NCBI GenBank assembly: GCA_041182265.1
Contig: JBEGOB010000281.1
Coordinates: 1-60,597, forward strand
Direction of reading: 5' to 3'
DNA length: 60,597 nucleotides
DNA from: Verrucomicrobiota bacterium
GTDB taxonomy: Bacteria; Verrucomicrobiota; Verrucomicrobiia; Verrucomicrobiales; Akkermansiaceae
The notes below the pieces were generated by a model. It saw nothing but the letters and a program-made list of their open reading frames with translations, was not told the DNA's origin and searched no databases. Within the stretch, counting starts at the first letter, position 1. The number at the start of each line of letters is the position of its first letter. The position numbers were made by a program, and so were the translations under genes. Shown in pieces: positions 30,195 to 40,520 of this stretch.

Positions 30195-31133
30195 ATGAAG
30201 ACACGCATTCTCGGAAAATCCGGCATCGAGCTACCCATCCTGTCCTTCGGCGCATCCTCGCTCGGCGCGGAATTTCGCACCATCACGCTTGATGAGGCGA
30301 TGCAATCCACCCGCACCGCCATCGAGCTCGGAATGAATTTCATCGACACCTCACCCTTCTACGGCCGCGGAATGTCGGAAATCATGCTTGGCCTCGGCCT
30401 CAAAGGCATCCCGCGGGAAAGCTATCTATTAGGCAGCAAACTCGGCCGCTACTCGGACATTCACTTTGATTTCTCCGCGAAACGTGTCGAGGAATCCATC
30501 CACATCTCGCTGCAACGCCTCGGCACCGATCACTTGGACGTGCTCTTGCTGCACGACGTGGAATTCGTCCCTCTCCCCCAAATCTGGGAGGAAACTTTAC
30601 CCGCCGTGATTAAACTCAAGGAACAGGGAAAAGTCCGCGCCATCGGGTTTTCCTGCTACCCACTCAAAACCTTCCACACCGTGCTCGACCACGTCGAGGA
30701 CTCAATCGACTGCGTGCTTTCCTACAACCGGCATACGCTGCAAAATACGACATTTTCAGAAGATTTAGTGCCACGTCTCAGCGCCAAAAACATCGGGGCG
30801 ATGAACGCCGGCCCTTTCTCTGCCAGACTCCTAACCAACGCCGAGCTCCCGGCTTGGCTCAAGGAGCCCGAGGACGTGAAGGCCGCCGCGCGCCGCGCCG
30901 CCAAACTCTGCGCGGACGCCGGCTCGGACATTGCGAAACTTGCCCTCCAATTTTCCTGCGAGCACCCCGGTCTAGCAACCACCATCGCCGGCTCTGCCAA
31001 CCCCGCGAACATCCGCAAATGGGCGGAGTGGCTCGCACAACCAATCGACCGCGCACTGCTCGCAGAAGTCCTCGCCATCTTCGCTCCCGTGAAAAACTCC
31101 GGTCACCTTGAAGGCCTAGCTGAAAATAATTGA
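30195..31133 (+). CDS. Aldo/keto reductase, L-galactose/L-fucose dehydrogenase-like
   Basis: SFGASSLG, FIDTSPFYG, KLGRY..FDFSAKRV, HDVEF, resembling L-galactose dehydrogenases. Confidence 0.85.
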   Translation: MKTRILGKSGIELPILSFGASSLGAEFRTITLDEAMQSTRTAIELGMNFIDTSPFYGRGMSEIMLGLGLKGIPRESYLLGSKLGRYSDIHFDFSAKRVEESIHISLQRLGTDHLDVLLLHDVEFVPLPQIWEETLPAVIKLKEQGKVRAIGFSCYPLKTFHTVLDHVEDSIDCVLSYNRHTLQNTTFSEDLVPRLSAKNIGAMNAGPFSARLLTNAELPAWLKEPEDVKAAARRAAKLCADAGSDIAKLALQFSCEHPGLATTIAGSANPANIRKWAEWLAQPIDRALLAEVLAIFAPVKNSGHLEGLAENN

Positions 31134-32164
31134 TGCAAGCAATCCAATTCACCGCCCCGGGAGAAATCCATCTCATCGATCTCCCAGAACCTCACGCTCC
31201 CGCCCCAGGCGAGGCGCTCGTCCGCACCCACCGCATGGGAATCTGCGGCACCGACATCGCCTGCCATCTCGGGAAATTTCCCTTTTTCGCATACCCCAGA
31301 ACTCCCGGCCACGAACTCGGACTGGAAGTGGTCGCCGTCGCAGATGATGTCACCCACGTCCAACCCGGCGACAAATGCGCGTTAGAACCTTATGTCAATG
31401 ATCCGGATTCGCCCACCTCTCAACAAGGCGCGATCAACTGCTGCCCCGGCGTCCAAGTCATCGGCGTCCATAACAACGGCGGCCTCCGCAAAGGGGTCTT
31501 CGCCGTGCCCGCACGCAAACTCCACCCAGGCAACGACCTAACATACGACCAACTCGCACTCGTCGAGACACTCGCCATCGGATACCACGCCGTCCAACGT
31601 GGGAACCCGCAAGCGGGCGAAACAGTCCTTGTCATCGGTGCCGGCCCCATCGGCCTCGCCTGCCTCGAGTTCCTCAAACTCATGGACGTGAAAACCATCG
31701 TCATGGACCAAGTCGCAAGCCGCCTCGACTTTTGCCGCACGCAACTCGGCATCCAACACACGGTGGAATTCCAAGCCGACGGATCCCACCTCGCGACCCT
31801 GGAAAATCTCACCCAAAACCAACTTGCCAACGTTGTCATCGACGCCACCGGCAACCCGCACTCGATGTCCGCCAGCTTCAATTACGCCGCCTTCACCGGC
31901 CGCGTCGTTTACGTCGGCATCACCACCTCGGACCTAACATTCCCTCACGCCCCAGTCTTCCACCGTCGCGAACTCACTCTTCTCGCCTCGCGCAACGCGA
32001 TGCCTCAGGATTTCACCAACATCATCCAACTGATCCGCGACGGTAAAATCAACACTGGCCCTTGGATCACGCATCGCATCTCCTTCGAGCAGGTTCCAAC
32101 CCATTTCCAACAGTTCACCAAGCCCTCGCTCGGCGCCATCAAAGCTCTCATCGAAGTTCACTAA
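31133..32164 (+). CDS. Zn-dependent MDR dehydrogenase, L-galactonate 5-dehydrogenase (YjjN/LgoD)-like
   Basis: GICGTD..GKFPFFAYPR.PGHE, GAGPIG, DATGN, FHRRELTLLASRNA. Confidence 0.82.
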   Translation: MQAIQFTAPGEIHLIDLPEPHAPAPGEALVRTHRMGICGTDIACHLGKFPFFAYPRTPGHELGLEVVAVADDVTHVQPGDKCALEPYVNDPDSPTSQQGAINCCPGVQVIGVHNNGGLRKGVFAVPARKLHPGNDLTYDQLALVETLAIGYHAVQRGNPQAGETVLVIGAGPIGLACLEFLKLMDVKTIVMDQVASRLDFCRTQLGIQHTVEFQADGSHLATLENLTQNQLANVVIDATGNPHSMSASFNYAAFTGRVVYVGITTSDLTFPHAPVFHRRELTLLASRNAMPQDFTNIIQLIRDGKINTGPWITHRISFEQVPTHFQQFTKPSLGAIKALIEVH

Positions 32165-32193
32165 CTCATCAACCCCTTGCAACACATCATCCT

Positions 32194-33444
32194 ATGAAAA
32201 CCTGCCCTAAATTCACCTTCGGCGTTGGCGACCGCTTCGCCAATGGCGCACACGCGCAGCTCGCCGCTTTCATCGCGGCGCAAAAACTCGGCATCGACAT
32301 CACACCCGTCTGGAACAAGTCGAACCGCGAGCACAATATCATCGGCTCGGAACCCATCCAAACTCGCCAAGCCGCGGACCAAGCCGTCGCGGATCTCGGC
32401 TGGACCGGGGAATACTTGCTAGATGCTGACCACATCAATCTATCCACCGTGGACCGCTTCGTCGCACCCTGCGACTTTTTCACTCTCGACGTCGCGGATG
32501 ACATTGGCGAACCCGCTGACGCCGCGGATGTTGAGGCATTCATCACGCGCCATCCGGAGTTGATCGGCACGGTCGCCATCGATGGCATTTCACAGCCTTT
32601 CGAGATCACCCGCGCGGACGTGGAGAAAACCGCCAATCAATTTCTCAAAGCCACTCAAAAAGCCGCCGCGATCTATCAACACATCGTCGCGGCCAAGGGC
32701 GGCACCGACAATTTTGTCACGGAAGTTTCGATGGATGAGACTGACAGCCCACAGACGCCGCCGGAAATGTTGATCATTCTAGCAGCCATCGCGGACCAGA
32801 AAATTCCGATCCAAACCATCGCCCCCAAGTTCACCGGACGCTTCAATAAAGGGGTCGATTACGTCGGCGATCCCGTGCAATTTGAAAAGGAATTCAACGA
32901 CGATCTGGCAGTCATCGCACACGCGATCAAAACCTACGGCCTGCCACCCGCCTTGAAACTCTCGGTCCACTCGGGCTCCGACAAATTCTCGATTTATCCA
33001 ATTATCAAACGCGCCATCCAACGCACTGGAGCTGGCCTCCACATTAAGACGGCTGGCACGAACTGGCTTGAGGAAATCATCGGCCTCGCCGAAGCAGGCG
33101 GCAGCGGGCTCGCACTCGCCAAAACCATCTACATCCAAGCCTTAGAAAAAAAAGCCGCCCTTTGCGAACCCTACGCCACCGTCATCGACATCAGCGACGC
33201 AAATCTCCCATCCGCCGAAACCGTGAATGGCTGGACAAGCACTCAATTCACCGACGCTCTCCGCCACGATCCTACCAATCCAGGCTACAATGCGGACCTT
33301 CGCCAACTGCTCCACGTCGGCTTCAAAATCGCTGCACAACTCGGCGAAACCTACATCCAAGCGCTCAAGGACAACTCGGAAGTCGTCGCGAAAAACGTCA
33401 CGGGAAATCTACTCGAACGCCACATGAAACCCTTGTTTCTATGA
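32194..33444 (+). CDS. uxaE: Tagaturonate/fructuronate epimerase
   Basis: FGVGDRF, DADHI, EVSMDET, KGVDY, SVHSGSDKFSIY, HIKTAGT.WLE. Confidence 0.88.
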   Translation: MKTCPKFTFGVGDRFANGAHAQLAAFIAAQKLGIDITPVWNKSNREHNIIGSEPIQTRQAADQAVADLGWTGEYLLDADHINLSTVDRFVAPCDFFTLDVADDIGEPADAADVEAFITRHPELIGTVAIDGISQPFEITRADVEKTANQFLKATQKAAAIYQHIVAAKGGTDNFVTEVSMDETDSPQTPPEMLIILAAIADQKIPIQTIAPKFTGRFNKGVDYVGDPVQFEKEFNDDLAVIAHAIKTYGLPPALKLSVHSGSDKFSIYPIIKRAIQRTGAGLHIKTAGTNWLEEIIGLAEAGGSGLALAKTIYIQALEKKAALCEPYATVIDISDANLPSAETVNGWTSTQFTDALRHDPTNPGYNADLRQLLHVGFKIAAQLGETYIQALKDNSEVVAKNVTGNLLERHMKPLFL

Positions 33445-34277
33445 TCGACTCGCACCACCACCTCTGGAACTACTCGGCGGCGGAATACCCATGGATTCCG
33501 CCCGGCACACCGCTCGCGCAACACCAACTCCTCACCGAGTTGGAAACCGCCTGCCGCAGCGCCGCTGTCGATGCCACGGTGGTGGTGCAAGCGCGTCAAT
33601 CGTTGGCGGAGTCCGACTGGCTGCTGTCCCTAGCAGACCAGTCGCCACTCATCCAAGGCGTCGTCGGTTGGGTGCCGCTCACAGAACCTGATGTTCTTAA
33701 GCCTCTCACCCGACTGGCCAGCCACCCGAAATTCAAAGCCGTCCGACACGTCCTCCAAGACGAGCCGGACGCCTATTTCCTACGACCGGATTTCCACCGC
33801 GGGCTTTCGCTACTGCCCGCGCTCGGTCTCCGCTACGACCTGCTTTGTTTTCAGCGCCAACTCCCACTCGCTATCTCATTGGTGGACCAACAAACGGACC
33901 TTGGCATCATCATCGACCACCTCGCCAAGCCAGAAATCCGCAACGGGAAAATCAACCCCGCATGGAAGGCCGACATGACGGAACTCGCGAAACGCGACCA
34001 TGTCCTCGGCGTGAAAATTTCAGGCCTCGTCACCGAAGTCCTCGATCCGGAAATCGATCCATCCACCCTGCGCGCCTACTTCGACGAGGCACTCGCGCTG
34101 TTCGGGCCACAGCGCCTCATGTTCGGCTCAGATTGGCCGGTCTGCCTACTCCGCGTTTCATCCTACCAAACCTGGGCAACAGCCGTCCGCGATTTTGTCA
34201 GTCACCTAACTCTCTCAGAACAGCGCGCGATTCTTCATGACAATGCCGCACGCTGCTACAATCTAGCAGTCGATTGA
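33441..34277 (+). CDS. Amidohydrolase-family sugar lactonase (COG3618, L-fucono/L-galactono-1,5-lactonase-like)
   Basis: IDSHHHLW, VVQA, RHVLQDE, IDHLAKP, KISGL, MFGSDWPV. Confidence 0.87.
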   Translation: MIDSHHHLWNYSAAEYPWIPPGTPLAQHQLLTELETACRSAAVDATVVVQARQSLAESDWLLSLADQSPLIQGVVGWVPLTEPDVLKPLTRLASHPKFKAVRHVLQDEPDAYFLRPDFHRGLSLLPALGLRYDLLCFQRQLPLAISLVDQQTDLGIIIDHLAKPEIRNGKINPAWKADMTELAKRDHVLGVKISGLVTEVLDPEIDPSTLRAYFDEALALFGPQRLMFGSDWPVCLLRVSSYQTWATAVRDFVSHLTLSEQRAILHDNAARCYNLAVD

Positions 34278-34523
34278 TTTCAATTAATCGTCATCGATGC
34301 CGATCCATGATTTCAACTGCGGCATGCAGGATTAATGAACTGGTAATTTCATCCGGCCCGTAATTCCAACGGTCCACCGCGAGGAAATCGTTTTTCGAAT
34401 CTAGAATCACGGCTATAGTGCTCCATGAGCATTCCCAGCGTGAATCCTGACAATCCCGCTTGCTTGAGCAAACCGGTTCAGTCCCGTTCACCCAGCATTC
34501 ACACACTCCAATGATCCGCAAAA

Positions 34524-35579
34524 ATGAAGAAGTGGTCTTGGTCGCTGATTCCCCTCGCCATCGCGCTTGCAGTCGCGCTTTGGTGGTTTTCTCGAGCCGA
34601 TGATATTCCGGAAAACCTGATCCAAGGCAACGGCCGCATCGAAGCCACCGAGATTGACATCGCAACAACTCTTGCTGGCAGGCTGGAGGAAATTCTCGTC
34701 AATGAAGGTGACTTCGTAAACACCGGACAGATCCTCGCACGCATCCGTGCGGAGAACCTTGAGGCGCAGTTGCTAGAAGCCGAGGCCAAACACCGACAAG
34801 CGAAAAGCGCCGTCGCCAGCGCCGCTGCACAAGTGCGCGCCAGAGAGAGCGATCAACTCGCTGCAGTCGCCATCGTGGCACAGCGCGAGAGCGAATTCGC
34901 CGCCGCACAACAGCGCAAGGAACGCTCGGAAAAACTCATCGCCACCCGCGCCATCGCCGCGCAAACCGTCGATGACGACCGAGCCAACGCACTCAGCGCC
35001 GCCGCCGCCATTCGCGCAGCACAAGCCCAAGTCGCTGCTGCGGAAGCCGCAGTCCAAGCTGCCAAATCCGAGCAACTCGGCGCGGAGTCCACCGTAGAAG
35101 CAACGCTCGCCACCATCGCGAGAATCAAGGCGGACATCGACGACTGCACCCTCCGCGCCCCACGCAACGGGCGGATTCAATACCGCATCGCCGAGACAGG
35201 CGAAGTGCTTGGTGTGGGCGGCAAGGTCTTGAATCTAGTCGATCTCAGTGATGTTTACATGACATTCTTTCTACCAGAAACCATCGTCGGTCGCGTCGCC
35301 CTCGGCAGCCCGGTGCGCCTCGTCCTCGACGCCGCGCCAGACTATGTCATCCCAGCGGAAATCTCCTACATCGCCAGCGTCTCACAGTTCACACCCAAAA
35401 CGGTGGAGACCCAAAGCGAGCGACAGAAATTGATGTTCCGCGTCAAGGCGCGTATTCCCCCGGAACTGCTGGAAAAACACCTCGAACAAGTGAAAACTGG
35501 CCTACCCGGCGTGGCGTGGCTCAACTTGGATCCGGAACAACCTTGGCCTCCCCAACTCTCGCTCAAGATCCCGCAATGA
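34524..35579 (+). CDS. yhiI: HlyD-family membrane fusion protein (YhiI-like)
   Basis: [13 protein letters not shown], long coiled coil, [25 protein letters not shown]. Confidence 0.85.
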   Translation: MKKWSWSLIPLAIALAVALWWFSRADDIPENLIQGNGRIEATEIDIATTLAGRLEEILVNEGDFVNTGQILARIRAENLEAQLLEAEAKHRQAKSAVASAAAQVRARESDQLAAVAIVAQRESEFAAAQQRKERSEKLIATRAIAAQTVDDDRANALSAAAAIRAAQAQVAAAEAAVQAAKSEQLGAESTVEATLATIARIKADIDDCTLRAPRNGRIQYRIAETGEVLGVGGKVLNLVDLSDVYMTFFLPETIVGRVALGSPVRLVLDAAPDYVIPAEISYIASVSQFTPKTVETQSERQKLMFRVKARIPPELLEKHLEQVKTGLPGVAWLNLDPEQPWPPQLSLKIPQ

Positions 35580-38311
35580 ACTCGGAATCTTCGTGTGCCC
35601 AAGCGTCCGGAATTTCACTAACCTATCGAAAAATTAGAGTTCTGGATACGATCACACTGGATTTTCCTGCCAGAGCCATGCTCGGTCTCATTGGTCCTGA
35701 CGGCGTAGGCAAGTCCAGTCTTCTCGCTCTCATCGCCGGCGCTCGCAAGCTTCAAAACGGCACGCTCTCTGTCCTCGGCGGCGACATGCGCAATCCGCAC
35801 CACCGCGCCGCGATCTGCCCACGCATCGCATACATGCCTCAAGGGCTTGGAAAGAATCTCTACCCCACGCTAAGCGTGGAGGAAAATCTCCAGTTCTTCG
35901 CACGCCTTTTCGGCCATCGCCGCTCGCAGCGTCGCGCTCGCATCGACGCACTCAGCACCCACACCGGACTTCGGGATTTCCTCAGTCGCCCAGCAGGGAA
36001 ACTGTCCGGCGGCATGAAACAGAAACTCGGCCTGTGCTGCGCTTTGATCCACGATCCCGACCTCCTCATCCTCGACGAACCCACAACTGGCGTGGACCCA
36101 CTCTCTCGCCGCCACTTCTGGGACTTGATCGCACAACTCCGCGAAGCACGGCCTAACATGAGTGTAATCGTCGCCACCGCCTACATGGACGAGGCGGATC
36201 AATTCGATTGGCTGGTTGCGATGGATGGAGGGAAAATCCTAGCAAGTGGAACCCCGCATGAACTGCACCAGAAGACCGGAACCGACAGTTTGGAAGACGC
36301 GTTCATCCAACTGCTTCCCCCCGAAAAAAAGCAAAACCACCCGACGATCGAGATTCCCGCATACACGCCTGCTGGAGACGGATTTGCCATCGAAGCACAA
36401 AATCTAAGCATGCGCTTCGGCGATTTTGTCGCCGTGGACCACGTTGATTTCAAAATCCAAAAAGGCGAAATTTTCGGGTTCCTCGGCTCCAATGGTTGCG
36501 GCAAGACGACCACCATGAAAGTGCTCACCGGACTGCTCCCCGCCAGCGCTGGAAATGCCTATCTATTTGGCAAGGAGGTGAACTCCAGCGACATCAGCAT
36601 CCGCCGACGCGTCGGATATATGTCGCAGAATTTCTCTCTCTACACGGAATTGAACGTCGAACAAAACTTGGTGCTGCATGCCCGCTTGTTCGATGTCCCG
36701 CCCATCGAAATTCCCAATCGCGTGCATGAAATGGTGACACGTTTCGGACTCCTCGGACATCTCAAGTCCCTTCCTGACACTCTACCACTCGGCATCCGCC
36801 AACGCCTCTCCCTCGCAGTCGCCATGGTTCACCGCCCCGAACTGTTGATCCTCGACGAGCCGACTTCCGGGGTCGATCCCATCGCCCGTGATCAATTCTG
36901 GCAATTGATGATCGATCTCGCACGCAAAGACCGCGTAACGATTTTCATCTCGACCCACTTCATGAATGAGGCTTGCCGCTGCGACCGCATTTCGCTGATG
37001 CACGCAGGCAAGGTGCTGGTGAGCGATTTCCCAACGGAAATCATCCGCAACTGCGGCGTTCTCACACTTGAAGATGCCTTCATTCACCACCTGAAAAATG
37101 CGGTCGGCGGCCAAGCGGCCACAACCGACACAGCGGCAGGACAACTTGCGCACTCCAACAAGCATTCCAGCCAAGCACGGAACTATCGCTTCAGCCTCAC
37201 ACGTTCTCTCAGCTATGTCTGGCGCGAATCTCTCGAACTGCAGCGCGATCCCCTCCGAGCCGCACTCGCACTTCTCGGAACCGTTCTGCTCATGGTCATC
37301 ATGGGTTACGGTGTTAGCATGGATGTCGAGAACCTGCCTTATGCCATTCTGGACCATGACCAATCCACACTCAGCCACAACTATGCACTCAACCTAGCAG
37401 GATCAAACTACTTCGTCGAAGCACCGCCCATCCTCAACGACGCAGATCTCGACCGCCGGATGCGCTCAGGGGAACTCGCACTCGCACTCGAAATTCCGCC
37501 CAACTTCGCACGCGATGCCAAGCGTGGCTCAGGCACGCAAATCGGCGCGTGGGTGGACGGCTCCATGCCACAACGCGCGGAGACCGCCGTCGCCTACATC
37601 CATGGCATGCACCACGACTGGCTCACTCAAGTTTCCCACCAAAATCCCACCAGCGTCCCATCTCCTCCGGTGACCATCGAAACGCGCTTTCGCTACAATC
37701 CAGACGTGAAAAGCCTACCCGCCATGGTTCCCGCTATGATTCCGATTCTCCTCATGATGATTCCCGCCATGCTCAGCGCCCTATCCGTGGTCCGCGAAAA
37801 GGAGCTTGGCTCCATCGTCAATCTCTATGTAACCCCGGTGACTCGAACTGAGTTCCTGCTAGGAAAACAAATCCCTTATGTCTTTCTTGGAATGCTGAAT
37901 TTCCTCCTCATGAGTTTTCTAGCCGTCGCGCATTTTGGCGTGCCGATGAAAGGAAGTTTCCCGACCTTGGCCGCTGCCGCCATGCTCTTCGTCACCTGCT
38001 CAACAGCCATCGGACTGCTTGTTTCCGTCTTCACCCGCAGCCAGATCGCCGCGATTTTCTTCACCATGATCGGCACCATCATCCCCGCGCTTCAGTTCTC
38101 CGGCATGATCCATCCCGTATCCTCGTTAGAAGGAATGGCAGCGCTCATCGGCAAGATCTATCCCGCCACGCACTTTTTGACCATCTGCCGTGGAGTCTTC
38201 AATAAAGCGCTTGAGTTCTCGGACCTCCGCGCATCCTTCCTCCCCTTGATCCTTGCGATCCCGGTGATTCTCGGCAGCGCCATCGCACTCTTAAAAAAAC
38301 AGGAAGGCTAG
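35576..38311 (+). CDS. rbbA: Ribosome-associated ATPase / ABC transporter RbbA (2 NBDs plus ABC-2 permease)
   Basis: [57 protein letters not shown]. Confidence 0.92.
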   Translation: MNSESSCAQASGISLTYRKIRVLDTITLDFPARAMLGLIGPDGVGKSSLLALIAGARKLQNGTLSVLGGDMRNPHHRAAICPRIAYMPQGLGKNLYPTLSVEENLQFFARLFGHRRSQRRARIDALSTHTGLRDFLSRPAGKLSGGMKQKLGLCCALIHDPDLLILDEPTTGVDPLSRRHFWDLIAQLREARPNMSVIVATAYMDEADQFDWLVAMDGGKILASGTPHELHQKTGTDSLEDAFIQLLPPEKKQNHPTIEIPAYTPAGDGFAIEAQNLSMRFGDFVAVDHVDFKIQKGEIFGFLGSNGCGKTTTMKVLTGLLPASAGNAYLFGKEVNSSDISIRRRVGYMSQNFSLYTELNVEQNLVLHARLFDVPPIEIPNRVHEMVTRFGLLGHLKSLPDTLPLGIRQRLSLAVAMVHRPELLILDEPTSGVDPIARDQFWQLMIDLARKDRVTIFISTHFMNEACRCDRISLMHAGKVLVSDFPTEIIRNCGVLTLEDAFIHHLKNAVGGQAATTDTAAGQLAHSNKHSSQARNYRFSLTRSLSYVWRESLELQRDPLRAALALLGTVLLMVIMGYGVSMDVENLPYAILDHDQSTLSHNYALNLAGSNYFVEAPPILNDADLDRRMRSGELALALEIPPNFARDAKRGSGTQIGAWVDGSMPQRAETAVAYIHGMHHDWLTQVSHQNPTSVPSPPVTIETRFRYNPDVKSLPAMVPAMIPILLMMIPAMLSALSVVREKELGSIVNLYVTPVTRTEFLLGKQIPYVFLGMLNFLLMSFLAVAHFGVPMKGSFPTLAAAAMLFVTCSTAIGLLVSVFTRSQIAAIFFTMIGTIIPALQFSGMIHPVSSLEGMAALIGKIYPATHFLTICRGVFNKALEFSDLRASFLPLILAIPVILGSAIALLKKQEG

Positions 38312-38314
38312 GAC

Positions 38315-39439
38315 ATGACACGCTTCTCCACCATCCACCGCTTGGCCGTGAAGGAACTTTGGAGCCTCGCACGCGACCCGATCATGCTCACACTGATCGC
38401 TTACACCTTCACCGTAGGAATCTATGTTTCCGCCACGGCCATGCCCGAGACCTTGAACCGAGCTCCCATCGCGATCGTTGATGAAGACGGATCCCCTCTA
38501 TCCGCACGGATCGCCGCAAGCTTCTATCCACCGCAATTCAAAGCCCCGGAAATGATTTCACACGCACAGATCGATTCCGGAATGGATGCGGGAAACTACA
38601 CATTTGCCATCACAATTCCGCCGGATTTCCAAGCGGACGTCCTCGCCGGACGAGCCCCAGCCGTGCAACTCAATGTGGATGCCACACGCATGAGCCAAGC
38701 CTTCACTGGCAGTGGATACATCGAACAAATTATCCATGCCGAGGTCGCAAAATTCGTCCTAGGCCCGCAGCGGAGCGATGCGCCACCCATTGAGCTCGTC
38801 ATCCGCAAGCGCTTCAACCCGAACTTAACACCCTCTTGGTTCGGCTCGCTGATGGAGCTCATCAACAACGTGACCATGCTGTCGATTGTCCTAACCGGAG
38901 CCGCACTCATCCGCGAGCGCGAGCACGGCACGATCGAGCACCTCTTGGTCATGCCCGTCCGCCCACTCGACATCATGTTGGCGAAGATCAGCTCGATGGG
39001 CTTGGTGGTGGTTCTCGCCGCCTCGTTCTCGTTGTTTGTGGTGATCCGTGGGATGTTGCATGTCCCGATCGAAGGTTCCATTCCACTTTTCCTAGCAGGC
39101 ATGACGCTGCACCTATTCGCCACCACCTCGATGGGGATATTCATGGCGACACTGGCACGCAGCATGCCGCAGCTCGGCCTGCTGATGATCTTGGTATTGC
39201 TGCCGCTGCAAATGCTTTCCGGCGGTAACACGCCACGAGAAAGCATGCCGGAATTCATCCGGGAAATCATGACACTCGCACCCACCACGCATTTTGTGCA
39301 GTTGAGCCAAGCGATTCTCTATCGAGGCGCGGGATTCGCGGTCGTCTGGAAATCACTGTTCTATCTTCTTCTAATCGGTGGCGTGTTTTTTGCAATCTCG
39401 CTGAACCGCTTCCGCAAAGCGATCACTCTGATGACGTGA
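38315..39439 (+). CDS. yhhJ: ABC-2 type permease YhhJ-like
   Basis: LNVDATRMSQAF, REREHGTIEHLLVMP, LSGG.TPRESMP. Confidence 0.88.
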   Translation: MTRFSTIHRLAVKELWSLARDPIMLTLIAYTFTVGIYVSATAMPETLNRAPIAIVDEDGSPLSARIAASFYPPQFKAPEMISHAQIDSGMDAGNYTFAITIPPDFQADVLAGRAPAVQLNVDATRMSQAFTGSGYIEQIIHAEVAKFVLGPQRSDAPPIELVIRKRFNPNLTPSWFGSLMELINNVTMLSIVLTGAALIREREHGTIEHLLVMPVRPLDIMLAKISSMGLVVVLAASFSLFVVIRGMLHVPIEGSIPLFLAGMTLHLFATTSMGIFMATLARSMPQLGLLMILVLLPLQMLSGGNTPRESMPEFIREIMTLAPTTHFVQLSQAILYRGAGFAVVWKSLFYLLLIGGVFFAISLNRFRKAITLMT

Positions 39440-39476
39440 GATGCCATCCAATCGAGTTCCGGAAAATCCGTTAGTG

Positions 39477-40520
39477 TCAGAGGAAAACTTTCATTCCATC
39501 GCCCGCCGCACTTTGATAGATAGCCTCAATCAGCGCCACGGATTTCCGCGCTTCACGCGCGGAGGTGCTTGGCTCACGCCCCTCGGCAATGGCTGAAACT
39601 AGCTCCTCGAAATTCCGTTGATGCTGGAAAAACTGAATTGCCTTCGGATCATTCGCACCCAATCCAGCCTGTCCGCTGCGCAGCAAGGACTCGCGGATGG
39701 CGGCATCCTGCGGCTGAGATTCCTTGAATTCCCAAACTTCAAACACCTCGTCCGCTAGGAAAATTGAGCCTTCCGTTCCGCAAATTTGGATGCGCGCCGG
39801 GTGCCCGTTTTGCGACCATGCGCATGTCGAGCCCTCGATCACGCCGCGCGCTCCACTCTCAAATTCCAAGAGGGCGACGGCCTGATCTTCCACCTCGATC
39901 CGTTCATGCGCTAGGCACGCCACATTCGCTTGCACCGATTTCACCGGCCCTGCTAGATGCAATAAGGCATCGATGCTGTGGATTGCCTGATTCATCAGCG
40001 CGCCGCCGCCATCAAGCGCACGCGTGCCACGCCACGCCGCAGAATCATAGTATGCCTGATCTCGAAACCATTTCACATAACAAGACGCCGAGACTATTTT
40101 CCCCAAACGCCCAGCCTCACAGGCCGCTTTAAATTCACGCATCGCCGGGTGAAATCTTCGGTTCAAAATCGCCGCCGCCACCTTGCCCGCAGCTGCTGCC
40201 GCCGCCATGACCTCATCGATCCGCGCGGTGGTAACTTCTAGCGGCTTCTCACAGAAGACGTGCTTCCCCGCAGCTAAAGCCGCCAGCGTCGGCTCCAAGT
40301 GTGCGCCGGATGGTGTGGCAATCGTCACCGCCTGCAAGTCAGGATCCGCTAGAAAAGTCGCGAGATCGCTGTGCGCCGTCACGCCAAACTCTGCCGCCAA
40401 GCGCAGCGCACTTTCCGGTCGGTGATTGAAAACCGAGTGAAGCGTGCCGCCGTGCATCGCACGAATCGCCTCCGCATGGAAGCACCCGATCGTCCCAGTT
40501 CCAATGATTCCAATGTTCAT
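39477..40520 (-). CDS. Gfo/Idh/MocA family NAD(P)-dependent oxidoreductase
   Basis: GIIGTGTIG, ATPSGAH, CEKP, WRG...DGGGALMNQAIHSID. Confidence 0.9.
   Translation of the reverse strand: MNIGIIGTGTIGCFHAEAIRAMHGGTLHSVFNHRPESALRLAAEFGVTAHSDLATFLADPDLQAVTIATPSGAHLEPTLAALAAGKHVFCEKPLEVTTARIDEVMAAAAAAGKVAAAILNRRFHPAMREFKAACEAGRLGKIVSASCYVKWFRDQAYYDSAAWRGTRALDGGGALMNQAIHSIDALLHLAGPVKSVQANVACLAHERIEVEDQAVALLEFESGARGVIEGSTCAWSQNGHPARIQICGTEGSIFLADEVFEVWEFKESQPQDAAIRESLLRSGQAGLGANDPKAIQFFQHQRNFEELVSAIAEGREPSTSAREARKSVALIEAIYQSAAGDGMKVFL

Noticed and set aside
34291-34668. 125-aa minus-strand ORF between the lactonase and yhiI
   Set aside because: Overlaps the yhiI start, has no motifs and atypical composition; likely non-coding.
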